In this document: in pieces, positions 10,965-25,698 of the stretch
How the letters are laid out: the number at the start of each line of letters is the position of its first letter
How positions within the stretch are numbered: position 1 is the stretch's first letter
Assembly (NCBI RefSeq): GCF_006345805.1
Contig: NC_043000.1
Location: forward strand, 27,776,001 to 27,840,000
Direction of reading: 5' to 3'
DNA length: 64,000 nt
Origin: Octopus sinensis
Taxonomy: Eukaryota
Translations under genes and position numbers: made by a program
Notes under the pieces: model-generated
Told to the model about the DNA's origin: nothing
Seen by the model: the letters and a program-made list of their open reading frames with translations, nothing else
Database searches by the model: none

Positions 10965-11900
10965 ACTATGAAGAAAAAGAAGGAACAACAAAAGCTGTAA
11001 AGCGACTGAAATCCAAGCTAAAACTGGATCAAGGTAAAACGATGGCAGGAAAAACCCCTTCATGGCAAATACTAGGTTAAACTAAACAAAGAAGAAATAG
11101 ACAAAGCACAAACCCAACAATGGCTGAGAAGCTCAGGACTCAATGCAAAGTCTCAAGGATTTTTAATTACAACACAAAATCAAAACCTTCCCTCCAGTAA
11201 TTACCAAAAACATATAATGATAACAAATACAAATAAGTGCAGAATATGTGAAGATGCAGAAGAAACCAAAAACCATATTGTCTCTGGCTGTCCAGTCCTG
11301 GCTGAGAAGAAATATATTCACAGACACAAAGATTGGGACCTATATGCGCTGGAAGCTATACCAACACTATGGAATAACAGCAGAAAGGAAAAGATGGTAT
11401 AGGCACACGCCAGAAAAGTAACAGAAAAAGAACAAGCAACTATACTATGAGACATGCCAATACACACAGATAGAGAAATTAAGGCCAGTAGGCTGGATAA
11501 AGTTGTCAAGATCACAAGAACAAAAATACTTTCTAATCGATGTACCAATACTAACAGATAACAAATTTCAAAATATAAGGTTACACTTTCAAAATACAAG
11601 GATCTGGAAATAGCTGTAACTCGAATGTGGAATCTAAAAACAAAAACAATTCTTATCATAGTGGGCGCATTAGGTATGATGAAAAAGGATTCAGAGAAAA
11701 ACATAGCAAAAACACCAAGACCAACAAGTATATATGACTTACAGAAGATAGCACTTCTAGGCACCGCACACATCCTACGTAAAACACTTTCAATACAGTA
11801 AACATAAGAGCATCACAACAAACCACAACATACACCCAAGGCACACAGAGCTGCGCTCGGAGCGCAGTGGAAGCACGTGATAAAAAATAAGACCACTGCC
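10965..11900 (+). mobile_element. R4/Dong-clade LINE 3' part (zinc knuckle, endonuclease, 3' UTR) ending in (TAA)n
   Basis: WQEKPLHGKY; CRICEDAEETKNHIVSGCPVLA; KYKDLEIAVTRMW..IIVGALG..LQKIALLGTAHILRKTL. Confidence 0.9.
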
Positions 11901-11968
11901 TAATAATAATAATAACAAAAACAACAACAACAATAATAATAATAATAATAATAAAAATAATAATAATA

Positions 11969-12054
<86 letters not shown>

Positions 12055-12056
<2 letters not shown>

Positions 12057-12617
12057 TCCTCTGCTGCACTACCAGGCAGTGGCTCTCGTGGCTTCTGATC
12101 TTAACTGATTGGAAGTGTTATCACGTACAGTGTTTTGTCTTGGTATAAAAGATGGGCTACAGCAAATATTCTGCTCAATACCACAGATTTGCTTGTCAGT
12201 TGTTTGACCTCAATCAGTTGAGCATGTCCCATAGTGGCTGACAATATGTGCATCTCTGATCATGAGCAGAAGTAGTGGAGGAGCATCATAGCCATGTGTT
12301 GAGAGGGATTCTTTAGGGTTTGAATAATTCACTTCTGAAAACATGGGAGTTTCGTTCAACATTCTTAAACAACTCTTATCAGGGACCTTTCGAGCGGGAT
12401 TGACTACACGACCAGAAGAAAATTCTAACTGGGTCCCACTTGCAAGGCCCTGCACTGTTTATCTTGATATGAGATCACCTATATGAGATCACGCACATAT
12501 GGTTGTGATGCATGTGTTTCGTGTACCCTTATCAGACGGGTAGACATGATGGGTATACTGGGCTTCGTATATTTTACCCCAGTGTCACTTCGATGGCATG
12601 CATTACTCATTCACTCA
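12055..12617 (+). mobile_element. Unclassified ~560-bp interspersed repeat flanked by (TAA)n
   Basis: Colinear second copy at 35933-36445; no ORF or tRNA head recognised. Confidence 0.8.
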
Positions 12618-12641
12618 ATAATAATAATAATAATAATGATA

Positions 12642-12698
<57 letters not shown>

Positions 12699-12769
12699 GA
12701 AGAAGAAGAAGAAGAAGAAGAAGAAGAAGAAGAAGAAGAAGAAGAGAAGAAGAAGAAGAAGAAGGAGAA

Positions 12770-13025
12770 GAAACAATCCCTATCATAGTTGGCGCATTAG
12801 GTATGATAAAAAAATATTCAGACAAATACATAACAAAAATACCAGAACTTACAAACATATATAACATACAGGAAATTGCACTACTGGGCACTGCACACAT
12901 CCTACGCAAAACACTTTAAATGCAGTAACCATCAGAGCATCACAACAAATCACAACACATACCCAAGGCACACAGAGCTGCGCTCGGTAGTGAAGTAAAA
13001 GCACGCTATAAATATTAAACTACTA
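12770..13025 (+). mobile_element. R4/Dong-clade LINE extreme 3' end plus 3' UTR
   Basis: ETIPIIVGALGMIKK..IALLGTAHILRKTL; 3' UTR matches 11800-11880; (TAA)n follows. Confidence 0.88.
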
Positions 13026-13041
13026 AATGATGATAATAATA

Positions 13042-13100
<59 letters not shown>

Positions 13101-13779
13101 TATTTTGAAGCCTTCAATTGCAGTTGATACTTTAATTACCATAAGGACAGTATAATTAATTTCACAGACAATATTACTTACTAAACTCAGTTCTAGGCGA
13201 CATAATAAACACGATAAATAATGTTGCAGTTTTTATGTCTCAAATGTATTGAACTGCAAACGTAGATGATACTGTATAGGTTTGTATAATATATATTTTC
13301 AAAGTGTATAATGAACGCTATCTTTTTCAAATTTATAACTACTAAGTTAAATTCATTTTACAGCTCTATCAAATCAGTAGAGTTAAATGAAATTGACTAA
13401 TCACACTATAAAGATAATTACAAAAGGTTTAATTACATGACATTATGTCTAATTCGTCTGGATAAGCAGTCTCTCCCCTCCTTTCACTGCCCACACAACA
13501 CAGTTGTTTGATGCTAAAATGATTAATCGATAGGTAAATGCTTCTCCCAGTCACGTCAAATAAAATAACGGGGGAATATAAGACAGGAAAATATTGCTTT
13601 CATTTTGTTTATTATTTCAAACACATATTTGAAATCGGTAGGATTAAATCGTGTTGTCGTCGTCGCTGTTGGAACAAAACATACGGTATTTTAGCATTTT
13701 CCAATCAAATCCTTATGCGTAATATCAGTCATGTTCGAGTACACACACACACATATATAGCTGAAGATAAGTGAAAAAC

Positions 13780-14225
13780 GGAATTACGCTGAACTATTGA
13801 GAAATCTGCAGATTACAAGTTCAGGTTTATACGTGTAATTATTGGGGCCCTGGGTTATGCAACACAATGCATAAATACCAATCTTGTGAAATTAGACTTC
13901 GCAAAACCAGAAAAGAGGAAGCTAATTCGAAGACTACAAATCCAATCCATTACTAGAACTAAAAATCTGTAAAACTTTCCAGAAGTTTATCATTTAAATA
14001 TATATGAACATGCCTAGATATGCAACTATATGCATTAGAATACATACGTAAAACAAAACATATACAAATCTGCACATATACATACATACATACATACATA
14101 CAAAAATACCCTGTTGTTGATGTTGAAATTCCAATGAAGGAGCCCTGAATCTAGGTTAGAAACCGACTTTTTCTCTATTGGCAAGAAATCTTGAAATAAA
14201 AAACGTAACAATGACATACATACGT
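13780..14225 (+). mobile_element. Restriction-like-endonuclease LINE 3' end with (CATA)n-containing tail
   Basis: YAELLRNLQ..IIGALGY..LIRRLQIQSI; tail ends in catacatac. Confidence 0.55.
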
Positions 14226-14241
14226 ATATATGTACACATCC

Positions 14242-14311
<70 letters not shown>

Positions 14312-14454
14312 ATGTGTGTGTGTGTGTAAATATTTATTTAAATATATTCAATGAGAATATTATATACTGAATTTATATTGAGTGCTCTATTGTATCAAGG
14401 TATTAATTATATATATATATATGTATATATACGTGTTGGAGTTTATATATATAT

Positions 14455-15759
14455 ACGTGGTCTGTAAATAAAAAGATATAATGCGAAACTAGACTCATAG
14501 TGTTCGATCTGGCATCGGCGGTACATCAACATCAACTTCCCCTATAATTCCAGAGCAAGATGCACAAAGTTGTTGCTTAGAGGTGAACTGTGAGTGCACG
14601 TTCTCCGAAGTGATATTGTTTTATGTGTCCTGAAAATCAGCCGCTACACTAATGATCAATGCTCTGCGATCAAGTTTTTTTTATGCCAAACTTGGACACA
14701 ATGCCACTGGAACTTGTAAAATACTTCAACAATCTTACGGCGAAACTACTTTATCAAGAGCACAAGTTTCCGGATGCTTCAAAGACATTTTACGAGGCTG
14801 AGAACCAGTTGAAAATAACTCTTGCTCTGGAAGGTTATCAACTTCAAGAAATGACTAAAATGTGGAACGTGCGGTTTGACCGTCGGTTAACCATCAGAAT
14901 GCACCTGTTAACGACATGTTGTTGATTCTTGACCATCAAAGTGAAGAGAAGCTGAATGTGAAACATATTACTGTTCATCGGATTTTGGTCAACGAATTGG
15001 GAATGAGGAAAATTTCTGCAAAATGTGTTCCCAAAAGTCTCACCTCTAAGCAAAAATACAAGAAGAAATGGTGCTGCGATCTCCTGGAATGGATTGAAAT
15101 TGACACAGATTTTCTCTTAAGAGTCATTACGGTTGATAAATCATGGATTTTTCAGTGCGGTCCAGAAACAAAACGCCGAAGTCAGGAGTGGCAGATTGCT
15201 AACACACCGAGGCCAAAAAAATTGAGAATAAGCAAATCGAATATTAAAACCATACTCGTTTGCATATTAAAACCGTACTCCTGTAATGGAGTTATAAATA
15301 AAGAACTTGTGTCTTAAGGACAGACTGTCAGTCAGGATTTTTACAGTAAAATTCTTGAAAGGTTACGAAAATACATTGCATGCGTGATGCCAAACATCAA
15401 AGAGATCTGGGTGTATTGCATCACGGCAATGCGCCTTGTCACACGGCGATTTCGATTACAGGGTTGTCTCTCAGCTCCCGTATTCGCCCGTGTGATAACC
15501 TCTTCCCGATATTGAAAATTCACCTCAAAGAGTATCATTTAAGGCGTTGGAAAACATGGAAAAAGTCTGTCACCGACCAACTTAAAGCCGTTCTGGTTTC
15601 CGTGTTCTAGCGCTGTTGTGAAGTGTGGTTACAGCGTCTTGGGCGTGGTATAGATTCCTAAGACAGTTGTTTTGAAGGAGACAGAGTTGATTTAGAGATT
15701 AATTATAAATAAAATCGTTAACTGAAGAAGTCTGTTTTATATCATCTCTTCCCCACGTA
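14455..15759 (+). mobile_element. Full-length but decayed mariner transposon (~1.3 kb)
   Basis: TACGTGG..CCACGTA ends; LGMRKISAKCVPKSLT, VITVDKSWIFQ..PETKRRSQEW, LHHGNAPCH. Confidence 0.88.
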
Positions 15760-15976
15760 CGTTTCACCATTGTGTTTATTTGCATTCTCTTGTTCTTATA
15801 CTTTTATACATTTGCTATGTGCAATGTAACCTGTAATACTGCTAAGTGCAGTCTAAGCACACCACTTCAGGATAAGTAGTCTGGATCATGATACTTTGAT
15901 ACTTAACGAATTCTAAACTCGCCATTAGCAGTCGTTCACCTAAATGTACACACAGGAAGTACTATATACATAAATA

Positions 15977-16077
<101 letters not shown>

Positions 16078-16080
16078 GCA

Positions 16081-16157
<77 letters not shown>

Positions 16158-16176
16158 GCATACATACATATATACA

Positions 16177-16226
<50 letters not shown>

Positions 16227-16732
16227 CAAAAGACAGTTTGAGTATTGTATTACATTTTGTTCTTTGCTTCTCCCTTGGCACATAGATATTTTTCTTTCGA
16301 TCTACTTATCTAAGTATGCGAATTTTTATATTATATTTTAAACCAAAATGGTAAATAAACAAAAAAAAAATACAAGAAATATCTTTAAAATATTTAGCAG
16401 TCTGATACAATTTTGTTATGTCTTTATATAAATTTGATTAATTGGATTAAAAGCAATTAAGAGTAGAAATTGTACAAATTGACAACATGATGAAGTACAG
16501 TTTTAAATTCACAAAATACATGACCTTGTTTTAAATGCCAATTCAGTTTGGCATTTTTCAGACTATTTTTTGCTTTTTGGGGTCTTAATTATAAAACTAG
16601 TGATTTGTTTACCTCACTAGTGCTATAAATTTAATTAACTCTAGTTTCATAATTTCCACTACAAAATATTAGGATAAACGTGCGTTAATGGAGACCATCC
16701 CTGAGCAATTTTCCTTAAAATACATACAAATG

Positions 16733-16813
<81 letters not shown>

Positions 16814-18422
16814 TGTGTGCGTGCGTGTGTCATACATATGTTCCTATAAAGACCTCGCAGGGAAAATATCAACTTCGCTGCTGAAATACACCCTTCAACT
16901 GAGATAATTTCTCATATAGACGTGGTGTGTTAAAAAAAAAAATAATATCAAAGCGAGATGAAAATTCGCCCCAGTGGTCGGCAACCTAATTTTGAATGAA
17001 CTGAATCTTTCATCTTTTGAATTGAAGGATGGGCGGATGTCTTGTGCATTCAGCAAAAATGTTGAGACTAGAATAGTGTGCGAAAGAGAATTATGGTTTA
17101 TTGCCAGCGATGAGGGTAATTCCTGCACTGTTGTCAGATTTGTTAGTGTTTCTACTAAATGTTCTCCAGATATCTGTTCTGTTTGGCTGTACTCTGAAAT
17201 TTTAAGATCTTAAAATTTGCGGTAGTGGTGTTAATATCTCAGGGTCTAATGCACTTGTTGCAGAAAAAAATGACTGTAAAACGTTACAGAGGTTTAAAGT
17301 GTCAGAAAACAGAATTTCGAAGCTGTCATTTTGTGCGTGACTGCAATCGTAAAACGACAAAACAAGACTATCAATATTGCGATGATAGCACGTGTTTAAA
17401 GCGTTTAATAAGCGAAAAATGACCAAAAAAGAACAAACAACATATTTTGTAGTTTTAAGAGGAGAAAAGACAAACTGTTGTCCAGTTCGAAAAAAAGTGT
17501 AAAGAGATCATTTTGATTTTCATAAACACATGGGATTTTACAGAGCAGTGCCAATGGTTGGCTCGTTACCATGGAAACAGGAACTTATATCTCTGTGGCG
17601 TTCGATTGGTTAAAATTAACCCAGATTTGCAAACTTTAAATGCTATTAATTGTTTATTTATTGATTTATGGCGAAAATGAATTTCATGTCAATAGTAAGC
17701 ATACAAAACTACTTCAATAGACCAAATTCGAAATCAATAGGAACAAAATTGAAGAAATTAAAAAGTGGCAGCCGAACAGAGAAAATATTCTTTATTTTTG
17801 ATCTCCTTCGGTGCTACATTGGGAAAAGTCCATACCGATGCTACTGCAACAGGGTATGATTTCATGGAGATTTGGGTCACGACTGGAAGTATTGTTTTCG
17901 GTTATACGTAAGTCCCGGGGAGATAACTCTTGCTGTAGAAATAATTACTGGTGTTGAGAATAGCAGCAGATTTTAGGGTTACGAACTGCTTTTGATGTTG
18001 GTGGGGTTGTAGCAGGGGTTTTATGATTGGAATGGGTTTTAGTAAACGAGTGTTGCCGTCACGGTATGTACATATACTTGCTCGCAAAGAATGGGATATA
18101 TTTTATGGATTTCGTTATAGACAGCTGGACGTTTTAGCGCTGGGGTGCAGTGAAATGTAAATAGTTTTAAATTTAGATTTGCTAAATTTTGATGACATTG
18201 GGGATGCGGAGGTTGGTCAGGGAGAAAAAAGAGGTTTAGGTGAGGTCGGCGGAAGGAATAGTAATACGGATAGTTCAGTTTGGTAGTCGACTTTGAGGTG
18301 GTGGAGATGAGTAAGTAAGAGAAACGGAGTCGTCGAGATTGGTCAAAGGTAGAGGGAGAACGGTGTGGTTGCAGTTGATCACTAACAGAAGTGGGAGATG
18401 AGGAATACACACACACACATTC

Positions 18423-18701
<279 letters not shown>

Positions 18702-18784
18702 TAAAAAGGTTGAATAGTACAACAATGCACTATAATACAAACAACGGGCTATATACCTGTTGTAATTTAGTCATACATAGTCTG

Positions 18785-18821
18785 ATATGATATTTCGAAA
18801 TAATATTCCTTCTTCAGATAT
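18785..18821 (-). ncRNA. Canonical-core minimal type I hammerhead (37 nt) in a ~260-bp element (18690-18945) between (TA)n arrays
   Basis: AUAU-CUGAAGA-A-GGAAU-AUU-AUUUC-GAA-AUAU-C/AUAU. Confidence 0.7.
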
Positions 18822-18943
18822 TCCTAGATGGATTCGCTGCTATATAGCCCGGAAAAAAACAATAGATGGTACAAGACTTCTGAAGGTACAAGACTTCAAG
18901 GCTCAAAGGCCTTGGAGACTCAAAAGTTTTCATACACACCTCC

Positions 18944-19010
<67 letters not shown>

Positions 19011-19047
19011 ATATGTGTGTGTGTGTGTGTGTGTGTGTGGTATGTGT

Positions 19048-19079
<32 letters not shown>

Positions 19080-19300
19080 ATGAATGGTTACTTTCATGGA
19101 TAATACTTCACCCAGTATTTCTCCGCATAATAAACATGACGATATATCTATAGCATGTTATGCGTCTCCAATGTAAATACTAAACTGTAAATCTTTTCTC
19201 CGCGTGTCTTTTATTTGCTGCACACAAATACAAGTTGCTCTGTATTACTGCTAATAATTAGAAGATTTTTTTATAGCAATACTATTATGCAGAATGTTTA

Positions 19301-19626
19301 CAGCATAGGTTCTCAAACTAAGAGCTACCGCCCCCGGTGGGCGTTGAGAGGTGTGTGCTGGTGGATGCGGGAGGAGTGATAGAGAAAAAGGAGGCATTGA
19401 ATGGAAGGCAACGGATCAGGGGAGGCTATGAATTTATTATAATATTATTATAGTATTGTATACAAATTATATGATATTATATCAAATGTCAAATGCATCA
19501 TAGTAAATATGAATTAGTAAAAACATAAAATATTTGTTTATGCATAAAAATTGGGATGGGGTCACTTAGGGTATTATGTGGTCATGAGGAGGTACGGCAG
19601 TGGACGAAAAGGCTTGAGAACTTCTG
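19301..19626. mobile_element. hAT-type MITE
   Basis: Degenerate TIRs cag..ggttctcaa and ttgagaacttctg. Confidence 0.5.
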
Positions 19627-19855
19627 GTTTACAGTATTGTTATAAACAAACTAGTGTCCGTTGAATTTTTGTTTAAAATTTACAAGAAGCACGGCATCGT
19701 AATCCACTTCGCACGTTTCCTCGCACAGAGATGCTACTGTTCTTCAACCGTTGAATATTTCGTAATATAACTTGGACCCGTGTCGAACGTATAGCTGTGG
19801 TTCTCGACGGGCGAAATTGAACAAAGAATGAAAGGAACCGAAACAGATGAATAAT

Positions 19856-20231
19856 CTTTCCTACTGTAGGCACAAGGCCCGAAGTTTTCGGGGAGGGCAC
19901 CAGTCAATTAGGTCGATCCCAGTACGCAACTGGTACTTAATTCATCGAAAGGATGAAAGGCAAAGTTGACCTCCGTGGAATCTGAACTCAGAATGTAAAG
20001 ACAGACGAAATACCTATTTATTTACTGCCCACAAGGGGCTAAACACAGCGTGGACAAACAAGGACAGACAATTACGAACGCAGTGCATAACTAGTACTTA
20101 TTTAATCGACCCTGAAAGGATGAAGGGTATAGTTGGCCTCGGCGGAATTTGAACTCAGAACGTAACGGCAGACAAAATACCGCTATGCATTTCGCCCGGC
20201 GTGCTAACGATTTTGCCAGCTCGCCGCCTTG
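19856..20231 (-). mobile_element. Nin-domain SINE with two tandem body units
   Basis: Reverse complement of the 3610-4372 units with an intact tRNA head; further remnants at 20305-20400, 26500-26690 and 36662-36790. Confidence 0.85.
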
Positions 20232-21717
20232 AAACAGATGAATATTACAACATTCATCTCACTCGAACTGGATATTACGTTTTTTTTTATCGATATCGAA
20301 GTGATAAGACAATATTGACCTCTGTGGAATTTGAACTCGGATTCAAGACAGGTGAAACAAATGTTACGACGCAAGCTATTCGATTTGCTAATCAATCCCG
20401 TAATGTGCCGTATTTTCACGTTATTGTATCTGCGATTCTTATATGATGTTTTTCAATTAATCTATTTATATATTATTCAGTACATAGCTGGCTTGTTATA
20501 TATTTTAATTGCTCGGTCTTCAGAAAGATATTGCATTCATGGCTCGAGGCTGGTGAGAATCTGTATTATTTTTCTTTTATTTACAATTCTATTAATGCGA
20601 GGAGAAAAACCATGATCTGGCGAGAGTTTGGACTTCAGAGGTGTATTGTTCTGAGAGGTAAAGATTGAGCGTATTGCAGGACTGAAGCGAAGGTAGAATA
20701 AAATTATGGATAGCGAATGGAAAGGAAGCATGCAAATCAGCTATACCTGGACAGAGGAGATGACCACATTTCTTTGCCAGCACCAAGAAGCAGCGCCAAC
20801 AGTAGAACATACAGTATAACTATTTTGCCTGAGCTGCAGGAGTTTGTTGGTGAACGATTCAACATCAATTTGGTGGATGCTAATTTTTTTTTCGTTTTAC
20901 TTCTTCCAGTGGTGTTAAGAATGATTGTATGTATAGCGGAGGGAGTAAATCCGTTCCAGTCACAAGAGCAGCATTCGGTTGTGAGTTTCAATTAAGTTTT
21001 GCCGTTGTAAACTATGTCTCGTATTTATTTAATTATTATCTGTATTGAGTTAAATATATCTTATGTCTATGCAGTTTGATATTGGAATCATAATATTGTC
21101 ATCTTTGCAACAACCATCAACCTATGGATACAAGACAGTGAAATATCTAAAGAAAAATGAATAAAACCAATTGCCAAACATGGGTTTCCGTAGGGAACAA
21201 ACTTGGTTTCTCTTTTCTTAGTTGTGCAGCATAACTGCTAAACTTCTTTAGCAGATAATTTCGTTTCACGTGCATGGTGTACAAACACACAACAAAACAT
21301 AATAATTTAATCACTACGGAATATATAATATAAACTATAATATAACATATTTCCATACAGTATAGTATAATATAATGCAATATAATATATAATATAACAG
21401 GATATAATATGATATAGTGTAATATAATATAGTGCCATATAATATATAATATATACAAAACGTTTACTGTTTACTTCACTGCAGAGCTACGAGTCATAAA
21501 CGGAATTTGATTACTACGCACCAAGTTCATTTGACAATTTTATGTTATTTAAATAGAGGCGTTGCTCAGAATCGACATCATAATAATACAAACTAGATTA
21601 GTCGTGACCCACTTCGTTTAGTTATGTTTCTTAGGAGCAGACATGAATACATATATACATACATACATGTATGCATGCACGCATCCACACACACATATAT
21701 ACATACATATACACATA

Positions 21718-22313
<596 letters not shown>

Positions 22314-22383
22314 TATATAATTTTATTTGTTAGGGAACAAACATTCCCGCATAACAGGGGTTCAAATTATTCTCAATGAGAAA

Positions 22384-22642
22384 ATATATATTTTCATTTA
22401 GAGATAGCAGGCCCCTTCATCTCACCATATTAAAATATAGTTTATAGTATCAAACTATGATAAAGTGATATAGGGGCCTGATGATTGGGGTTATATTATA
22501 TGAATGGTTCCAGCAAAACACGGTGTGGTTAAGGAACCGGCAAATGTACCCCATGAAACACGTGTAACCAAGTTATAAAGTAGTAAGTATTTAAATGAAA
22601 TGTCTTTTATATGGTGAGATGAAGGGGCCTACTATCTCTAAA

Positions 22643-22655
<13 letters not shown>
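22384..22655 (+). mobile_element. Hammerhead-bearing mini-element with an inverted copy of its 3' end
   Basis: 22384-22435 is the reverse complement of about 22606-22655; CUGAUGA at 22478 and GAA-ACACGUGU-A at 22555-22566. Confidence 0.65.
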
Positions 22656-22686
<31 letters not shown>

Positions 22687-23827
22687 ATTTATATATATAT
22701 ATATTATATATATATATATGCGACAGGTCTTAACTATAATGAAAAAGTATTCAGATTAGAACCTGACTAAATATGTTACATTTGTAAATCTTCAATAAAA
22801 TGTCTGAATATGCGTTATTTGAAGTGTAGACGTAAGCAAAACTGCTCTGATTTTGGTTCTCAATCAGTTTATTGAACTATATATTGAACTACGGCCAGCA
22901 TATGCAATGAGTCGTATAAGCTTTAATTAAAAATCCATAAAATGTGCGCTTTGTGAAATTAGATAAATAGTAATTAGTGCGGTTGCATTTAATTACCAAG
23001 TACTACAGAAACTAATAGACGCTGTTACTTCTATGATATTCCTTCCTTATTTAATTGAACACAATTTCTTGCTTTCCTACCAAACACACACTAAACATAT
23101 ATATGCGGCAATGTAATAATTACATACAATTACTTACACTTGAACACTAGCCTGACGTTTATTACAAGGTTATGTGATGCTGCCTAATCGACTGTATAAT
23201 TGCAGCTGTAGTTAGAATGACTATTTTCACAATACGACGAAGCATAGAAGTGGTAAAGATGCAATCAGTACTGAAAATTCTCTGCTAATAGTAATTAAAA
23301 GTAAGGTATTTATTTCATGATACATGTCTATTTAATTTCACTGTAAACACATAATTCGGCTATTATTTCTATCATAAGTAAGATGCCATTGCAAATAAGT
23401 ATACAGGTTGCAAATATAAAAATGGACGCCATAATTTGAAAAAGGTCAGGTTAGCATGGTGGATGCAATTCAAATACGGAGAGAGTGTATATTTAACTAT
23501 ATATATGCAAAGTGAGAATTTCATTGCTTTCTGAACAGAAATGCAGATTGAAATAATAGCAGTGGAATTAAGAATGTTTCTTGGCAATAAATTTGGCACT
23601 GGGGCAGTTTCTCAGAGAATCATCGTGGATTATATAAATATTCAGACATCCACTCAGAAATATATTCAGGCCATACATACAAATACATACAACTATATAT
23701 ACACACGACGTGTATTTCTATGTAGAAATATTTTGTGTATGCGTATATGTATGTGCATGTGTGCGTGTGTGTTTGTGTGTCTGTGTCTTCGTGCACGCGC
23801 GAGTATATATAAATTTGTGCATGTGTG

Positions 23828-23862
<35 letters not shown>

Positions 23863-24248
23863 CTGCCTCCATGCGCGGGTGTATATGAATTTTTGTGGGT
23901 TTTTATGTATATATATATATATATATATATATAAATATATACGTGTGTCATGTGTGTGTGTGTGTGTGTGCGTGCAAATTGTCTTTCTGAACGTAAACTT
24001 ACGCGCGCACGCACAAACAGGCGCACACACACACGCTCAAAAGTGTGTTGGGGTAGATTTTCGAAGTCAAGGAAATGCAGAAAACAATTGTATGTCATTC
24101 TGTAGTAACTGCGAGAAGTTCGAAATATCTGTCTGAGATATTTAGAACTGTAATATTTCTATTTTTGTAATCAGTGGATTTATTTCACTAGAATTCTTAT
24201 ATGTTTGCAAGGCCTAGACAGGCATCTCCAGCTAGCAGGCCATGCTAT

Positions 24249-24290
24249 TCCTGACTGATGACGAGCAAGACTCAGAAACTAGTCTCTGGA
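24249..24290 (+). ncRNA. Canonical-core type I hammerhead
   Basis: UCCUGA-CUGAUGA-CGAG-CAAGA-CUCA-GAA-ACUAGU-C/UCUGGA (helix I 5 of 6 pairs). Confidence 0.7.
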
Positions 24291-24456
24291 TGCAGGCTAA
24301 GCTGGGTGGGAGTGCTTGTCTCCCCGTTGTAAACATAAGGACACAAGAAATATGTGAAGGCCGACAGGAAGCGTTGATGCTTCCTAGGGCTAAATAGCAG
24401 TGTGGTGATTCCCTTCATGGGACTGTCACTTTAAGTGACAGTATACAACTACTATA

Positions 24457-24551
<95 letters not shown>

Positions 24552-24566
24552 TATATATATATATAT

Positions 24567-24707
<141 letters not shown>

Positions 24708-25249
24708 CGTATATGTACGCATGTATGCATGCAGGCATTTATGTTTGGAACACTGCAGTCACATGACAACCAGATGGGAGCGTCAAAAGACATTAATGAA
24801 AAGTTAGAAGACGTGAAGAAATTTTTCCTAATGTTATTAAGACAATTTTCATCTTTAATATTGCTGTCTATGACACTGAAATGCCACAGTAGTAATCGAT
24901 ATTCCTTTCCGTGTCAAATACATGACGGTTTATAAATACGAAAAGGTGCTATAATTGCTGGCCGTCTGCCATGCAATTTACACTATGGTCCGCCTGCAAC
25001 GTGGACATTATCACTATGGTGTTCTCTCTACGTGAGATATTTTCACTGCAATGTAGTAAAACCCGAAATGCAGCAAAGCTCTCTAATATATTAATAATCA
25101 GCATAGAAGGCATTAATATATTAAATATAAGCTCAATAATATTTTTGCATGTCATGCACAAGGTGTGAAATTAAATAAAATAGTTTTAATAGATTAAATC
25201 GAATACAGTATATAACTGGTATATCAATTCTATATTTAAGAGATGGGGA

Positions 25250-25532
25250 ATTATGTACATTGTTTACATTCGACGGATATTTCTCCTCATCTTGTTTTTT
25301 GTTAACATGTTTCGACTGATATATCCTTCAGTCTTCTTCAGGTGTCTTGGGGAAATTTAGAACCTGGGTTCTCATTCCTAAGGTATTTTTCGATGTTGTT
25401 ATTATTATCATGATTATTATTGTTGTTGTTGTTGTTGTCGTCGTCGTCGTCGTTGTTGTTGTTCAGGTCACTGCTTGGAATCGAACTCGGAATCTTGGGG
25501 TTAGTAACGTGTGCTCTTAGCCACAACGCCAA
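25250..25532 (-). mobile_element. tRNA-headed/hammerhead-tailed element, reverse copy
   Basis: Head tggcgttgtgg..gttcgattcc, (AAC/GAC/TAA)n, tail with hammerhead at 25301-25346 (helix II GACUG/CAGUC). Confidence 0.85.
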
Positions 25533-25608
25533 CGGGCGTATGGCGTAGTGGTGGAGATTGCGGGTTACTAATCCCAAGATTCTGAGTTAGATTCCAGGCA
25601 GTGACCTC

Positions 25609-25698
<90 letters not shown>

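Noticed and set aside
14120-14175. ccaatga..aggttagaaaccg hammerhead-like string in a LINE tail
   Set aside because: Two core mismatches, no helix III palindrome and a poor helix I.
17950-18400. Strand-skewed region overlapping the 172-aa minus-strand ORF
   Set aside because: No recognisable motifs; part of the ORF comes from microsatellite. Possibly an old LINE relic but unsupported.
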